Shown: one piece after another, positions 33,416-47,676 of the stretch
Layout: each line of letters starts with the position of its first letter
How positions within the stretch are numbered: the stretch's first letter is position 1
Assembly: GCF_030144855.1 (NCBI RefSeq)
Contig: NC_082708.1
Coordinates: 52,886,001-52,950,000 of the forward strand
DNA from: Hypanus sabinus
Taxonomy: Eukaryota
DNA length: 64,000 bases
Direction: 5' to 3'
Program-made: the position numbers and the translations under genes
The notes under the pieces: model-generated
Told to the model about the DNA's origin: nothing
The model's database searches: none
Seen by the model: the letters and a program-made list of their open reading frames with translations, nothing else

Positions 33416-35934
33416 TCCAGAAGAGGGTGTAATAATTGAATCAAGATAATAAAGGCTGAGATGAGGGCACCTGCATCAGATTAGCTGTGGATAGATTTGA
33501 GAAACAAGAAGTCAAGGAGGTAAAACTACCTTGCCTTTGTAATGGTGAGTTGGCAATTACGACTAGAACATTTTTTTATAATTTAGAAATATAAGGGAAG
33601 CTGCTTCTTTAGCTGATTGTCACAGTCCAGTTAATTACAGGGGATAAATAAGATTCATACCATGTTTGCAGCAGGTAGTTGCTAGCTCCAACAGAAAAGC
33701 CAATGACCTGACCTACCACCACTAACAAGATCTTTAGTTATAAGTAACTAGCACAATGTCCAGATGACATAGGGTAATTTAGCTGACATCTCAAAATATC
33801 TCCATCATGTAAACTAAGTCCTCATTGTATTGTCATTTGTATATATTTGCCGTTGCACTTAAAGCACAAGATCAGAGACTATTTCACTTACTTTGTGTCT
33901 TTGTCTCTCTTCCCTCTCTCCACTCCTAATGTACTACAGCCCAATGTAATGGAAGATGCTCTGCAATGTCTCAGAAATAGATAGCTAATTGCTTCAAGGT
34001 CTTAAAGATACAATTGCCTTCAAGTTATTAATCCTTTTGATTTACATACATATGTTTTATTGTTAAGTCACAGCTCCCACCCCCTCTTAATTGCATACTT
34101 AAGACAACATCCCAAGTTCAGTGCTCAAATAAAACCTGCCATTGTCTCCTTTGGACACAAGGACAATCCCAATAGCAACGAGAGAGCAGGGTAAAATAAA
34201 ATATGATGACATTACAGCTATTTACACACATCAAGAATTGAGTTTGAATGCAAAAGTCTGTGGAGTCCATATCTTTACCAAACTCTCTCCCATAGCTGGC
34301 ACAACTGAGCTTCGTTGGAGTACAGACATGGTTCATCTCAGAAAGAGCATACGTGGAGGCTTGTGGTCTACTCCGTGCAATTCGTGCTGCAACTTGCAGG
34401 TTATCATACCATTGTATGCACTTTCCTAGAAGAGCTACCACCCCTGGGATTCCAGTATTATGGATTTCAAAGGGTAGCCTAATTTGCTTTGAGAATAAAA
34501 TTGAAAAGATTTCATCCTTTTTTGTGTTGTTTTGCATAAAAATGCTCATGAATGGACCATTGCAATGTGAATAAATCCAGATGTATAAATGCAGAGCAAG
34601 ACTTAACACATGATTTCTAGCCTGCATTATCAGGTTCCTTTCTGTGCAGCTCTTTGAGGTGCAGAGTTTTCCTCTCAGTTAGCAGGTGGATTCATTATGA
34701 AATTTACCATTAAAAGGCAGTGTGTTTTAACTACTAAGTACCGAGTGAGGCATAAAGACTGTAAAGCCTGAAGCAACTTGAAACCTATCAATAGTTTGAA
34801 AAGAGTTTGCTACACTCAGAAAGCTAAAGATGTTTTGACTAAGTAAAGAGGATAATACAGTCTGGCTGTTTCAAAATGGAGGCATCCATGTGCATGTGCA
34901 ACTAGAGACTAGTGAAGCAAACTACCAAAAGCTCGGGGCTAGAAAATAAAAATTGGCCTTTGAAGGGAACCTTTAGTGACATTTAAGAAAAGTATCTGAA
35001 TCTGAACTTATACAGTGATGTGCATTGAACACTACTGTTGTAAAATGGAAAATATTAGATCTCAATTGGAATACAAAAATTTAATTAATGCTTGTTAAGT
35101 AGTAGCTGTTGCAGAGGAAATGGTGAGATCTAGGCAGGAGCAGAAGGGTAAAATCCACCAGCAGCATTCCAGCAGGGTATTTGCGAGATGGAAGCAGAAA
35201 ATTGGCATACATTGCTTTTGCGTCTGTCTATTTGAGATGCACCCTACACTGGCCTAGAAGAACAACTTTGTGCTACTGGGTCTCTAGATTATTTTTGAAC
35301 TTTATTACTCAGAGGTGGAAGCTGTCCATCTTGATTTGGCTGAATGTTGCCAATGTTACATTGCAACAATATGGAACAAGTTCGCACATTCCACAGGGTA
35401 ATGAAAAGCTGATTTTCTTGTAACCATGGACCTTGTATGTAATGATATTAAGAAGTGAATAAGATCTATTTCTAAAATCTGACTATTAACCTCAGAAGGC
35501 AACACTTCATGGCATTCAAAAAGGAGACTTTTTTTCCAAAGAGTTGGATTTCAGTGGCAAACATTTTCCCCTTTCGAAGTCAAGGTTGAAGATTTCTTCC
35601 CTGTCCATGTTCAAAAAGCATTAGCAGATTTAGCGTTGTCTGCAAATCCTTCAAGCTTATGTATGCCCATTTTGTAGGATACAGTTGATTCAAAGATTCT
35701 CAACCGATGAAGTCAATGCAGTGTTTTAGCAGAGCTCTTTTAAATTTCTGTTGGTGGCTACCAGCAGGTGAGTCCCAGGTACTAGGTAAATTGGAGATTC
35801 AACTCAAATGTTCATAGTCACTGTTCCCTAGTCTCCACGGTGTAGGATTTAAAATCTGGGAATTCCCAACCTTGCCTTCACAACTTCTGATATGTTTTCA
35901 AAGCATCCCTACCATATGACATCAAGACAGGAAA

Positions 35935-37960
35935 ATTCAAGATTGCATATTGTCATTCTAAAGTAAGAGTATAAAGGAGAACCAAATGTTTGTTACTCTG
36001 GATCAGATGCAGATTAAAAAAACACAAGCATAAAGAATATGATTAAAAACACTAAGTATAAAAGCAATCCTAGAAACACAACTGTTAGGTACATTGTATA
36101 TACATAAAGTGATGGTAGCTCTGTATCTGGGGTGGCAGGTTGGATGAAGGTGTTGATCAGCCTGACTGCTTGGAGGACGTAAATATTTTCGACGCTAGTG
36201 GTCTTGGTTTGGATGCCGCATAGTCTCTTCCCTAATGAGTTGGGCAGCCTTAACTATCTGTTGTAGAGCCCTCCTGTCTGCTGTAGTATAGTGATACAGC
36301 ATGTTCGGATGCTTTCAACTGCACATCTGTAGGAGATCCTGAGAATTGATGTGCAGTGACCGGCTCTCTTCAGGCTCCTTAGAAAGGAGGAGTTGGCGAG
36401 CTTTATTGACAGTGGAGAATGCGTTCTTGGACCATGAGGGGATGTGCAAGATATGCACTTCCAGTTGTTTGAAACTGCTCAGTTTCCCCAGCTGTGCCAC
36501 CAATAAGAAGAGGGATGTGAGTGGTGCAGGTTTTCCTGAAGTCAATAACCATCTCCCTTATCTTAATGACATCGAGGAAGAGGTCATTTGCCAGGCATCA
36601 GACCTCTAGTCTTCCACGTCCCCTCTGTTGGTCATCATATTGTTGTTGATGAAAAGCCCCACCACTATTGTGATATCTGCAAACTTGACAATGTGATTCC
36701 TCAGGCATTTGGCCATGTAGTCATGTGTGAGTAGAGTGTCCAGTGGGATCAGCACACGGCCTGGGGGTGGGGGACACCTAATTTGAGGACATGAGGGAGG
36801 GTGAGCTGTTGTGCATCCTGTCTGATTAAGAAATCCAGCACCCAGATGCACAATGGTGTATTTAGACCAATGTAAAGGAGTTTGTTCACCAAGGGTCTGT
36901 GGGACAATAAATACAGATAGTCCCCGAGTTACAAACGTCCAACTTACGAACAACTCGTACTTACGAACCAAGGAAGGGGCCGCCATTTTAAGTCATTGCC
37001 GTTGACACTGTGTTGAGTGTATAACTTTGTATTTGGCTTAAATTTTTCTTAGCAAGATTCACCCTGACCCGCACCCCCTTTTCCGGTCAGCTGGTGGCGC
37101 AGTGAGATCAGTGCTGGGCTCAAGAATGGAGGTTCCCGAGTTTGATCCAGTGACAGTGAACGCAATGGGTTGATGTCGAGCTCGCAACTCAACCTCGTAA
37201 AAAAAAAACACTGCCGCCTCCAGTTTAAATTCTCATGCGGAATATTGTGGAGGATCAAATACCCAAACCCAGCACAGCCCCCACTTGTCCCATTTAGCCT
37301 GTCGCAATGTGGTGGACTTTAGGACCTGGGAATTAAGTTCAGTGGTCCTTAGGACCCAGCAGAGTTCGGGACCCACTGCCCGCAGTGTTCCCGTTCCATT
37401 GACGGGAAGCGATCATGTTTGAAAATAAAGTGGAAATAATAAAGTGTTTGGAAAGAGGTGAAACGCCATCAGTCATTTGAAAAGCGTTAGGCTACAGTCA
37501 GTCAACGATCGGAACAATTTTAAAGGATAAAATAAGAATAATGGAGCATCAGAATCAGACTTTAATCGCCAAGTACCTGTACACATACAAGGAATTTACT
37601 TCCGGCAGATGTTGTCTCTCTGCTCATAACAATAATAATGATAAATATAAATGAAAATGTGAAAGGCCCTGCCCTGATGAAAGCTACAATTATACTAAGC
37701 AACGCAGTGGTTTAATTATTGGAATACATGTGTTTCTTAGTCTTTATATGCATAAAAAGGTAAAATATATACTAAGACAAACGTTTGACTAACTGACGCT
37801 AATAATATCAGATGTACTTGTTCTGACTTAACGTACAAATCCGACTTAAAGGCGGACTGAGGAACGGAACTCATTCGTAACCTGGGGACTGCCTGTAGTG
37901 TTGAATGCTGAAATGAAATCCAGAAACAGCATTCTGGCATTGATAGAAATTGGCATTCTA
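35935..37960 (-). mobile_element. Decayed Rex1/Babar-type LINE interrupted by a Tigger element
   Basis: Minus fragments RMLFLDFISAFNT (right of the insertion), LTHDY...IVKFADITIVVG and KARQLL (left of it). Confidence 0.75.
36914..37895 (+). mobile_element. Non-autonomous Tigger element of a second family
   Basis: TA+CAGATAGTCCCCGAGTTAC ... GTAACCTGGGGACTGCCTG+TA. Internal decayed psq-HTH (ENKVEIIKCLERGETPSVI*KALGYSQSTIGTILKDK) at ~37421-37530. Confidence 0.85.
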
Positions 37961-39256
37961 TGGATGTTGTATAGGATGGATGCTTTACCTTTGGGTACAA
38001 GATGTCCTTTTGGCATTCTAGATTTCATCCATGCATCTGCACCCCTGTAGATGCAACATCAAGACTACTTTGCCAAGGTTTACAAAGGAGAAGTTTTAAC
38101 TAATTTGATCTTGCTTGCTGTTGGGTGGAACAAAGATTAAAAGGCTACTCAGGATTGCAGTTTTGTTGATCATTCTATTGATTGAATGCGATCAGTTTAT
38201 AAAATTATACTTCAGACTAATCTGAATTGTTTGTGCAACATTCTCCATCATTTCTTCCAAATGGAAGAATGTTGTTGAACAATTCCAAAATGTTACTTTG
38301 ACAAATGTTTCTGAGGAAGGCTGTTTTCAAATTTATTAATTGTTTTGTGAATTAAACTTTAAAATTAGTCATTATATTTGTTTGGAGCAAAGTTAGTTGC
38401 CTAAAAGCTGATACATATGGTTTTTGTAACAACTTGGTCATCAGAACAAAGCATCTTATTCAAGGCACTTTGAAGATGTGTGGTGAACATATCACATTTT
38501 TTTTAATCAATAATTTAGCTAATACAATGTTTAGCTGCCTTCAAACTTGGTGAGAGTTTGAATTTCAGTGGCCTTCAGTAAACTGAAAGCTGAACTCAAA
38601 GGGAAGTGTGAAATATTCTGCAGTGCAAAGGGGTAAAGGAGCCATGAAAAGCAATTGATCTCCATACAAAGACCAAGCTGTTCCTTCCGCTAATGTAACC
38701 TCGCATTCCAATATCTTCAACTTGGCTAATTAAATGTGACGGTATCATCAAGCTGACCTGAAAAATTGTGCAATGTTTGGAAATTAAATAGGCCATATTT
38801 CAAAGGGTTTCATTTCCAATGCCACATTTAGTGCATGGAGAATTACTTTGGTTTTTAAAAACAATAATTTGACTAAGTTTCAAGATACTGTATCTGAGTG
38901 TCATTCGGAAGGCAAGTTTTCTAGTTTCTAATTTATGACAACAAATAGATTTTACTCTGCTGCATTTTTTTTTTGGGCAGTCCATATTTTATTTTAAATA
39001 TCTTTTGTTCTGTAAAGCAAAATCTTTTCAACACAATAATGAACATTGTCCAACCAGCAGGAATATTCATGGTGATTCTGGTAATTAATTGAGTGATTGA
39101 ATTGTTTATGCAGTGGATGTATGTATTTATGTGCTCAATGTTCAAAAGTTGTATACATAATTCATCTTAAAATTCTTGTTCCTTGAGTCCATATTGGGAA
39201 TTTATGGAAGAATTTACCGTCATCTAGCTTATTTTTATGCTTTTTTTTTTAAACAG

Positions 39257-39299
39257 AATTTGAAAGAGGATCCGAATGGCCAAGGTGATCAAGATATAG
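39257..39299 (+). other. Candidate additional DCUN1D5 5'UTR exon
   Basis: Strong T-tract acceptor tttttttttttaaacag| and donor ATAG|gtaagc. Confidence 0.45.
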
Positions 39300-39422
39300 G
39301 TAAGCACATTAAGAATGGCTTATTGAATGAGGGGCTATCAAAAGATGGAACTGACCAATCTGTAAACTGTTGTAGGTAGCTCCTTTCAGTGCACCTGTTC
39401 TGTCTTTTGGTGTGCTCACAAA

Positions 39423-39493
39423 ATGCCTGTTAAGAAGAAGAGAAAATCTTCAGGATCAGAAGACGCCAGCATGAAAAAGTGTAGGATAAACAG
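39423..39493 (+). CDS. DCUN1D5: DCN1-like protein 5, coding exon 1
   Basis: MPVKKKRKSSGSEDASMKKCRIN-S; donor AG|gtgagt; matches the recalled DCUN1D5 N-terminus MPVKKKRKS...KKCKIS. Confidence 0.95.
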
Positions 39494-40334
39494 GTGAGTA
39501 CCAATTTAGGTTTAACTTTTTCCTTTCACTCTCTCCCTCCAAGCCCTGTATCACATCGATGTGGATATAAACACAAACATTTACCAACGATTTTCTGATT
39601 CAAATTCACTCAAGTTTAGGTATTACAAATTGACTGCAGGATTATTTTAAACTGCATCTTAGAAATTAAAGCTCTCCATTTGTGTACAAAACAAAAGCTG
39701 GTTCCTGACTTTAATATAAAATCTCCTCTTGTGATTAATTTGATGTATTAACAGTTGTTTTCTCAGTCAATTTAACTTTTTTAAACAAATACTGTTTATT
39801 AATGTTATTAATTTAAGCAACTCTAACATGAGTGACGGGCATACATGGACCAGAGTTTCTTTTGGTTGGGGAAATGTATTTTCATTCTCTCGTCAGTAAC
39901 TGAAACTGAAGAGGCATATTTGGCTTAACGTACATTTAACATGTAAGGATATGTCCAGATATCAAAGCAAATTCACTCATTGCCACTGCTTAATTCTTCT
40001 AAATTTTTATTCTGATATTGGGATATTTTAACTGAGGCTTTTGGGGAAAACAAATTGTTTAATTTTGTCAAACTTAATTGTCAAATTTATTTTAAAAAAT
40101 AAATAAAATGAATCTTCATCTTCAGAGCAGGAAAACAGGCTCTTCAAGCCAACTGGTCCATGTCAACCAGTCTTCCTGTTACATTCAGATGAGAATAGAA
40201 GTGGAAGCCTGCTGTTGAGCAAAGGTGGCAGACTGGGTTTATTAAGTCTAATGCTTGTTTTAATGCATGTTCCTTTGTAATATAAGAGCCTGAAGAATGA
40301 AAATAGCTCACTGACCAGCTTTTGTCTTTTTAAG

Positions 40335-40423
40335 TTTCTGTAGAGTACAGACACCATCTAGATTAATAAGTGATGACAGTTTTTCAAGCAAAAAGTGCCT
40401 AGCTTGGTTTTATGAATATGCAG
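40335..40423 (+). CDS. DCUN1D5: DCN1-like protein 5, coding exon 2
   Basis: FCRVQTPSRLISDDSFSSKKCLAWFYEYA; ag|...|gtaaga; phases 2/1 consistent. Confidence 0.95.
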
Positions 40424-42539
40424 GTAAGAATTTTGAAGGTATATTGTTATATCATGGCACATTATGATGCCTTAATGTAATTATTTGTCCTCATTAAAAT
40501 GCTTACAAAATATTTTGAGGAGAGCTAGATTAAAATGGGTACTTTTTCTGCAGGATCTGAATAAAGGAGAACATGGTTTTTAAGTGCATTGGCTCAGTGG
40601 AAAATTAGTAAACAGTGTTATTGCAGTACAGCATTTCTGCTAAATCTGTTGCATGTCAGTTGCATAACAGCAGATGAGAAGAGCATGTTTGTTCTGTCTT
40701 TTAACCTGAGCATTTTAATTGCACACATTCTTGACTAATACTTATACAAAAAAAGGACTTCCCTTTTGTTGCCCCCATCATACCCTACCCAACAACAACC
40801 CAGTGCAGTATTATTGAAGTACATAAATGGTAAGCTGCTTTTAGACTAAATAAAACATGGTACTATAGTACTGCAAAGAAATGTACAAATTATTAAGCAT
40901 ATTTCCCAAATGTAGAAGCTTTGAGATCTTTCTGAATTGCTCTACCCCAGTATTTTGTGATGTGGTTATTGAAAGCTTATCATTTGTGACAGGTTTTGGA
41001 CAAAATCACATTGCACTTTCATAAGAAAATGTCATTGAACATGGCACCACAAATTCTATCTTTACTTAACTCTTCGGTGAGTATTCAAAAGGTATCTAAC
41101 GACATTCTAGCAAATAAATGTTTTTTTGTTTTAACTTAATTTGAGGGAATGTACCCCATTTTCCCCCTTGCTGGTCTATATGTCAGCTGCAGTCAAGGAC
41201 AAGCAGGCAACTTCATGCCAGGTTTCTGCTGGTGGCAAACTAGACGAAGTGTAGGAGATGTGCTGATGCAGTCTATGAATGACTCTCGCACACTTTGACC
41301 TTCTCTCCCTCTGCTGGAAAATACCAAGTTTTTCAACTCCTTTCCATTTCAGTAATGAAGATCAGGAGCTCTGGATTGGGGAGGGTGGTGGTGTTCTAAT
41401 TTTAATATCTCTAAACACTGGTATGATTTTAGTATGCTGTGCCAATGACTAAATAGATTGACCAATTCATCTACAGTCATGACATTCCATTAAAGTGCAA
41501 CTGCTTCTGTCCCACCTGTATCTAACTATTACTATTGGGTAATACTATACATTACTATTGGGTTCATTAGGGTCAGAGTCATACTCTAAATATATATTGC
41601 AACTACTATAGCACTGAAATTATTTTATTTAATGTGTTCTGGTAGCATATTCTTTCAAAGCTTAAAGCCATCCAAGATGTGGCATGGAACTGCTTGTACC
41701 CATAGTCAATATTAAATACACCTGCTCAGACACTGAATCAATTAAGCAGAAATTTGCTCTAAGTAATTGCCTTCACAAATCAACCACAGTTTCAGAGGAA
41801 TGAAACAGAAAATGTTAGAAACTTTTAGCTCAAACAGCATCTGGGGGGAGAGAAACATTTAATGTTTTAAGTCTAAAATCCTTTGTCAGAAGTGAGCATA
41901 GGATCTTTCACCTGAAATGCTAACTTTCTTGCCTTAAACACTTGAGTGTTTCCAGCATTTTCTGTTTTTATTTCATATTCATATCTGCAGTTTTTCTTTG
42001 ATATTCAGCTATTTTTCTGCCCTTCTGATTCACAAAACACACTTCAGTTTTGCTTTTGGATTTAATTCAGCATTTGGCATTTCAGTGCATTTAGGTTATT
42101 TCTGTTGGATGGCTTCTGTTCTTCAGTATCAACATTTAGAAATAGATATTGTATGTGAAATGGTTAATATTGTTATCCTATCATACATGTTTATGATAAA
42201 TATTTTATCATAGATGGGTTTGTTCAATGGCATTTAGGCTTGTTTGCAGAAGCTTGAATTTGAACCTTGAACATTGTTCCTGCCTTGCTACAGCTGCCTT
42301 CATGGTGTTGCATGTCAGCTGCATAACAAAAGATTTAGGTAGAAAAGCATGTTTATTGTTGTTATTTCATTTAACATGCATTGAAAGCTGAAAACTTAGA
42401 AAGTAGGTGGAGCGACAGATTTATTGATTGGTAACTAAATTGTACTTGTTGTTCAGTACCCTCAATTTCAAGTGTTAGATTTCATTCGCCTTTTGGAAAA
42501 CTTTGTCTTTGAGTTTTTAAGCTGCCTATGGAGACAGCA

Positions 42540-45060
42540 CTTAAGACTATAAGACATAGGAGCAGAATTAGTCTATTTGGCCTATCAAGTCTGCTCTGCC
42601 ATTTTATCATAGCAGGTTTATTATGCCTCTCAACCCTATTCCCCTGCCTTCCCCTCATAACCTTTGACACCCTTATTAATAACCTATCAACCTCCACTTT
42701 AAATATACCCAGTGACTTGGCTTCATCAGCCATCCATGGTAATGAATTCCACAGATTCACCAACCTCTGGTTAAAAGAATTCCTCCCCATCTCTGTTCTG
42801 AAGAGATGTCCTTGTATTATGAGCAAGGTAAGCTGCCTCAATGGCTATTATCTAATAGCATTTGCATCCACACTGGTGAAGTATGTTGAGAAGTTGGTGA
42901 TGAACCATCAACTCCTGCCTGGGAAGTGAGTTTGATCTGTTCCAGTTTGCTTACTGGAGCAACAGCTCCGCAGCAGGTGCCATCTCATTGGTGCTTCAGT
43001 CGATCCTGAAACATTTGGACAGCAAAGATACATACATCAGGATGCTCTTTATCGACTACAGTTCAGCATTCAATACCATCATCCCCTCAAAATCAATCAG
43101 TAAGCTTCGAGACCTTGGCCTCAATACCTCCTTGTGCAATTGGATCCACCATTGCCTCACTTACAGACCCGAGTCAGTTCAGATTGGCAACTACATCTCC
43201 GGAATCTCCCCTCCCCTCAGGCTGTGTGCTTAGCCTCCTGCTCTACTTGCTTTACACTTGTGGCAATGTAGCTAAGCACAATTCTAATGCCAAACTCAAG
43301 TTTGCTGACAACACCATTGTCGTAGGCCGAATCAAAGGTGGTGTCAAATCAGCAAAAGAGGGAGGGAGATTTAAAATCTGGCTGAGTGCTGCCACAACAA
43401 CAACCTCTTACTCAATGTCAGCAAGACCAAGGAGCTGATTACTGATTTCAGGAGAAGGAAACCAGAGGCCTGTGAGCCAATCATCAGAGGCGGAGAGGGT
43501 CAACAACTTTAAATTCCTTGTGAAGATTCAGTATGACATCTAAAACCTTGACAGACTTCTAAAGATGTATGGTGGAGAGTATATTGAGTGGTTGCATCAC
43601 AGCCTTGTATTGAAACACTAATGCTCTTGAACATAAAATACTACAAAAAGTAGTGGTGACAGCCCAGTCCAACGCCAATACCCTTCACACCATATTTATA
43701 TGAAACTTTGGCACAACGAAGCAACATCCATCATCAGGGATCCCCACTACTTTCTTCTTGCTGCTGCCAATAGGAAGAAGGTACAGTACAGGAGTCTCGG
43801 GACCCACACCATAAGGTGCAGTTACCATTCAACCATCTGCCTCTTGAAACAGAGGGGGATAACTTCACTTGCCCCATCATTGAAATGTTCCCACAACCTA
43901 TGGATTCTCTTTCAAAGACTCATCATCTCATGTTCTTGATACTTATTTCTTTTTTGTTTGTTTATTTTTGCATTTGCACAGCTTGTCCTTTGCACACTGG
44001 TTGAACACCTGAGTTGATGCAGTATTCAATTGTTTTTATTATTGTTAGAATTCTATTATGGATTTATTGTGTATGCTCACAAGTAATCTAATCTCGGGGT
44101 TGCTTATGGTGACATATAGTTACTTTGATAATAAATTTATTTTGAACTTAGAACATTGCCCCCCCCCCCCATCCTAAACTCCTCCAGTGTAGGAAACATC
44201 CTCTCTACATCCAATCTGTGTAGACCTTTCAATATTTAAGTTTCAATGGAATCCACATCTTCCCTCCCCCCACCCCTGTACTTCTAAACTTCAGTGAGTG
44301 CAGGCCTGGAGCCATCAAACAATCACATATGTTAACCCTTTCTTTCCCAGGGTCATTCTCGTCAACCTTCTTTGGACCCTCTACAATCCTAGCACTTCCT
44401 TTCTTAGATAAGGAGCCCAAAACAGCTCACCATATTCTAAGCGTGGTCTGACCAATGCCTTATAAAGTCTCCACATTTCATCTTTGCTTTTATATTCTAA
44501 TCCTCTTGAAATGAATGCTAACATTGCATTTTCCTTCCTTACCACTGACTTAGTCTGCAAATTAATGTTTAGGGAATACTGCTCTAGGATTCTCCATTTC
44601 TTTTGCACCTCTGAATTTTCTCCTCATTTAGGAAACATTCTACGCTTTTGTTCCTTCTGTCAAAGTGCTTGACCATACACTTCTGACACTTCCATCTGCC
44701 ACCTCTTTGCCCAATCTCCTAATCTGTCCAAGTGTTTCTGCAGACTCCCTGCTTCCTCAACACTACCTGCCCCTCCACCTATCTTCATATCATTTGCAAA
44801 CTTTACAAGAAAGCCATCAATTCCATCATCTTAATTACTGACATATAACATGAAAAGATGTGGTTCCAACACTGACTCCTATGGAACACCACTAGTCACC
44901 AGCAGCCAACTAGAAAACGTCCCCTTTATTCTCAGTCTTTGCCTCCTGCCAGTCAACCAATCATCTGTCCATGCTAGTATCTTTCCTGTAATATCATGGG
45001 CTCTTACCTTGTTTAGCAGCCTTGTGTGTGGCAACTTGTCAAAGGCATTCTGAAATTGCT
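42540..45060 (-). mobile_element. CR1 LINE 3' part (42540-42825 and 44170-45060) split by a Rex1-type insertion
   Basis: Minus ORFs FRTEMGRNSFNQRLVNLWNSLP and LYKALVRPRLEYGELFWAPYLRK. Confidence 0.85.
42830..44150 (+). mobile_element. Decayed Rex1/Babar-type LINE
   Basis: HLDSKDTYIRMLFIDYSSAFNTIIPS, GCVLSLLLYLLYT, KFADNT. Confidence 0.85.
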
Positions 45061-45469
45061 TCTCCTCATTAGGCTTTATATAAAATAAAGGAGACTGTTT
45101 AAAAGACTAAATTGTTACTAGTCAATTGCTTGCTTTCTAGTGATCTTGATAAACTATAACAAGTGTTCAACCAGTTAAGAAAGTAATAGAATAAGATTCA
45201 CATAGTTTTCTGAAGAGGTATTTCATTCCATTGTGATTTTTCATAGCTTAATTTAATTTTCCTTGCAGAAGAACATCACGTGCCTTTGACAAAATGATAA
45301 ATCAGTAATAATAGGTTCCCCAAAATAATTTTTGCCCTTTGCAAGTAGAAAACATCATAGATTAGTTTTGAAATCTGGAAAGCAGTATACAAACATGTCA
45401 TAGAGCATGTCAGAGTCATAAGGGTTTTGTTTGATAAATTGCTTCAGAAGCTACTCCCACTTCCTCTAG

Positions 45470-46793
45470 ACTCGAGTAGCCAGGGACTCGTGCATGGGCC
45501 CCAGTTATGCCAGCCTTTTCAATGGCTATGTCCATGTTCCAGGCTTTTCCCTGTAATGCTTCCTCCGCGACACTGGCAACTGCATTGGTGCTGCTTCATG
45601 CACCCATACTGAGCTCATCAATTTCATCAACTTTGCCTCCAACTTTCACCCTGCCCTTAAATTCATATGGTCCATTTCTGACGCCTCCCTCCCCTTAATC
45701 TCTTTCTTTCCATCTCTGGAGGTAAGCCATCAACCAACATCTTTTATAAACTTACAGATTCCCATAGCTATCTCTGACTGTACCTCTTCCCACCATGTCT
45801 CCTGTAAAAGTGCTATTCCCTTTTCTCAGTTCTTTCATCTCCGCTGCAACTGTTCCCTTGTTGAGGCTTTCCTTTCCAGGACGTCAGAGATGTTCTCCTT
45901 CAAAGAGCGGGATTTCCCTTCCTCCACCATTGATGCTGCCCTCATCCACATCTCCATTTCCGGAACATCCGTGCTCATCCCGCTGCCTTTCCTCTTGTCC
46001 TTATTCTCATCATTCTCAGCCATCTCCAAAGGGATCCTATCACCAAACACACCTTTACCTACCACCCCTCTCTGCTTTCCGTGATTCCCTTGACCCTTTA
46101 TCCCTCTCCACTAATCCCTCCCAGCACTTATCCCTGTAAGCAGCCGAAGTGCTCCACCTGCTCATTCACCTACTCCCTCGCCTTCATTCAGGGCCCCAAA
46201 TGTCCTTTAAGGTGAGGCAACACTTTACTTGCGAATCTGCTGGGGTAGTCTTGTATCCGGTGTTCCTGATGTGGCCTCCCCTGCATTGGTGAGACCCATT
46301 GTAAGTTGGAAGACCCAAAGCTAAACTTCCCGATGGCCCAACATTTTAATTACGATTCTAGTTCCAACAGGGTGGAGGAGCAACACCTTATATTCTGTCT
46401 GAGTAGCCTTCAAGGTGATGGCATGAATATCGATCTCTCCTGGTAATAAAAATTCTCCCCCTGCCTCCCCGTTCTTGTATTTCCCCCACTCTGGCCTCTT
46501 ACCTCTTCTCATGCACCCAAAGCCTCCCCTTGGTGCCCCTTCTTTCCTTTCTCCTAGGGTCCACTTCTTTCTGTCAGATTCCTTCATCTCCAGCCCTTGA
46601 CCTTTCCCACACACCTGGCTTCAGCTATCGCCTACCAGCTATTCTTCTTCCCCCTCCCCACCAGCATTTTATTCTGGGGCTTCCCCCCCCCCCCCCCCCC
46701 ACTTTCCAGTCCTGAAATCTCGGCTTGAATCATAAACTTTCCGTGGATGCTGCCTGACCTGCTGAGTTCCTCCAGCATTTTATGTATGTTGCA
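45470..46793 (+). mobile_element. Decayed Penelope-like element (RT + GIY-YIG)
   Basis: Nucleotide remnants for GTRMGPSYA-like, YKLTDSHSYL, IPFSQF and VRQHFTCESAGVV...CGLPCIGET (GIY-YIG) motifs; ends in GATGCTGCCTGACCTGCTGAGTTCCTCCAGCA. Confidence 0.8.
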
Positions 46794-47676
46794 GAAGATA
46801 TACCTTACTGGTTTGATGTGGGTTAAAATGGCTAATTGAACCAGTTGACTACATTGTCTTCCTTCGCTCTAGATAGACTCTATTGTGTGATCCAGAATGT
46901 TAAAGAGCATTTTATTGATTTCTACAGTTCTATAATCCTCTTGGAGGCTGGGGAAAGGAGATTATAGAATAGATTTGACTTTCTATTTGTTTCTCTGAGG
47001 AATGATGAGAGTGATAAGAGTACCTTTTATGTACGTACTTTAGAACTGAATATTTTGACTAAATGATTAATATATTTGGGTTCAGTAACCAGTTACTGTT
47101 CTGACATCGTTCATTGGGCCAGAAGCTCATTAGCAAATGAAACTAAATTTAGTTCACTGAATAAATCAGTAGTAGAAAATTAATATCGATAAAAGTCAAA
47201 ATAAAATACAAGTTCACTAATGTCCTTAAAGGAAATCTGTCTTTACTCAGTCTGGCCTGTATGTGACTCCAGTTTCATTATAATCTGGATGATTGTCCTC
47301 TGAAATGACTTAGTCAGCTGCTTAATTGTGTAAACATTGCAGTTGAGCAATAACTGCTGACCTAAAGGTGATGTCCAAGTTCTGTTAATGAAAATCAGTT
47401 CATTAATTCTTTCTGTATTTATTGGGTTCTTTTGTACTATTGCATTAAATGCATACAAATTTACCAATTGTAAATGAAACCCCTTTCTGTCTCAAAAGGG
47501 AAATTGAGTTAATTACTTGGGGCTTTGAGAGGATATGAATTTGGGTGATTAATGAATGAATATAGGTCATGGCAGTTTTAGACATCTTGAGAGTTTTGGC
47601 TTTGGGTGATATTTATTTTGTTTCAAGTTTTCCTCTAGTGGATTCATAACCTGTAAACAATCTGCTGGCTTAACTA

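Noticed and set aside
34118-34627. 169-aa minus ORF and overlapping plus ORFs
   Set aside because: No recognisable protein or splice context. The plus frame (ELRWSTDMVHL) faintly resembles an ancient LINE C-terminus.
37090-37155. tRNA-like sequence
   Set aside because: Only A/B-box-like motifs inside a transposon, with no full cloverleaf; SINE-type remnant.
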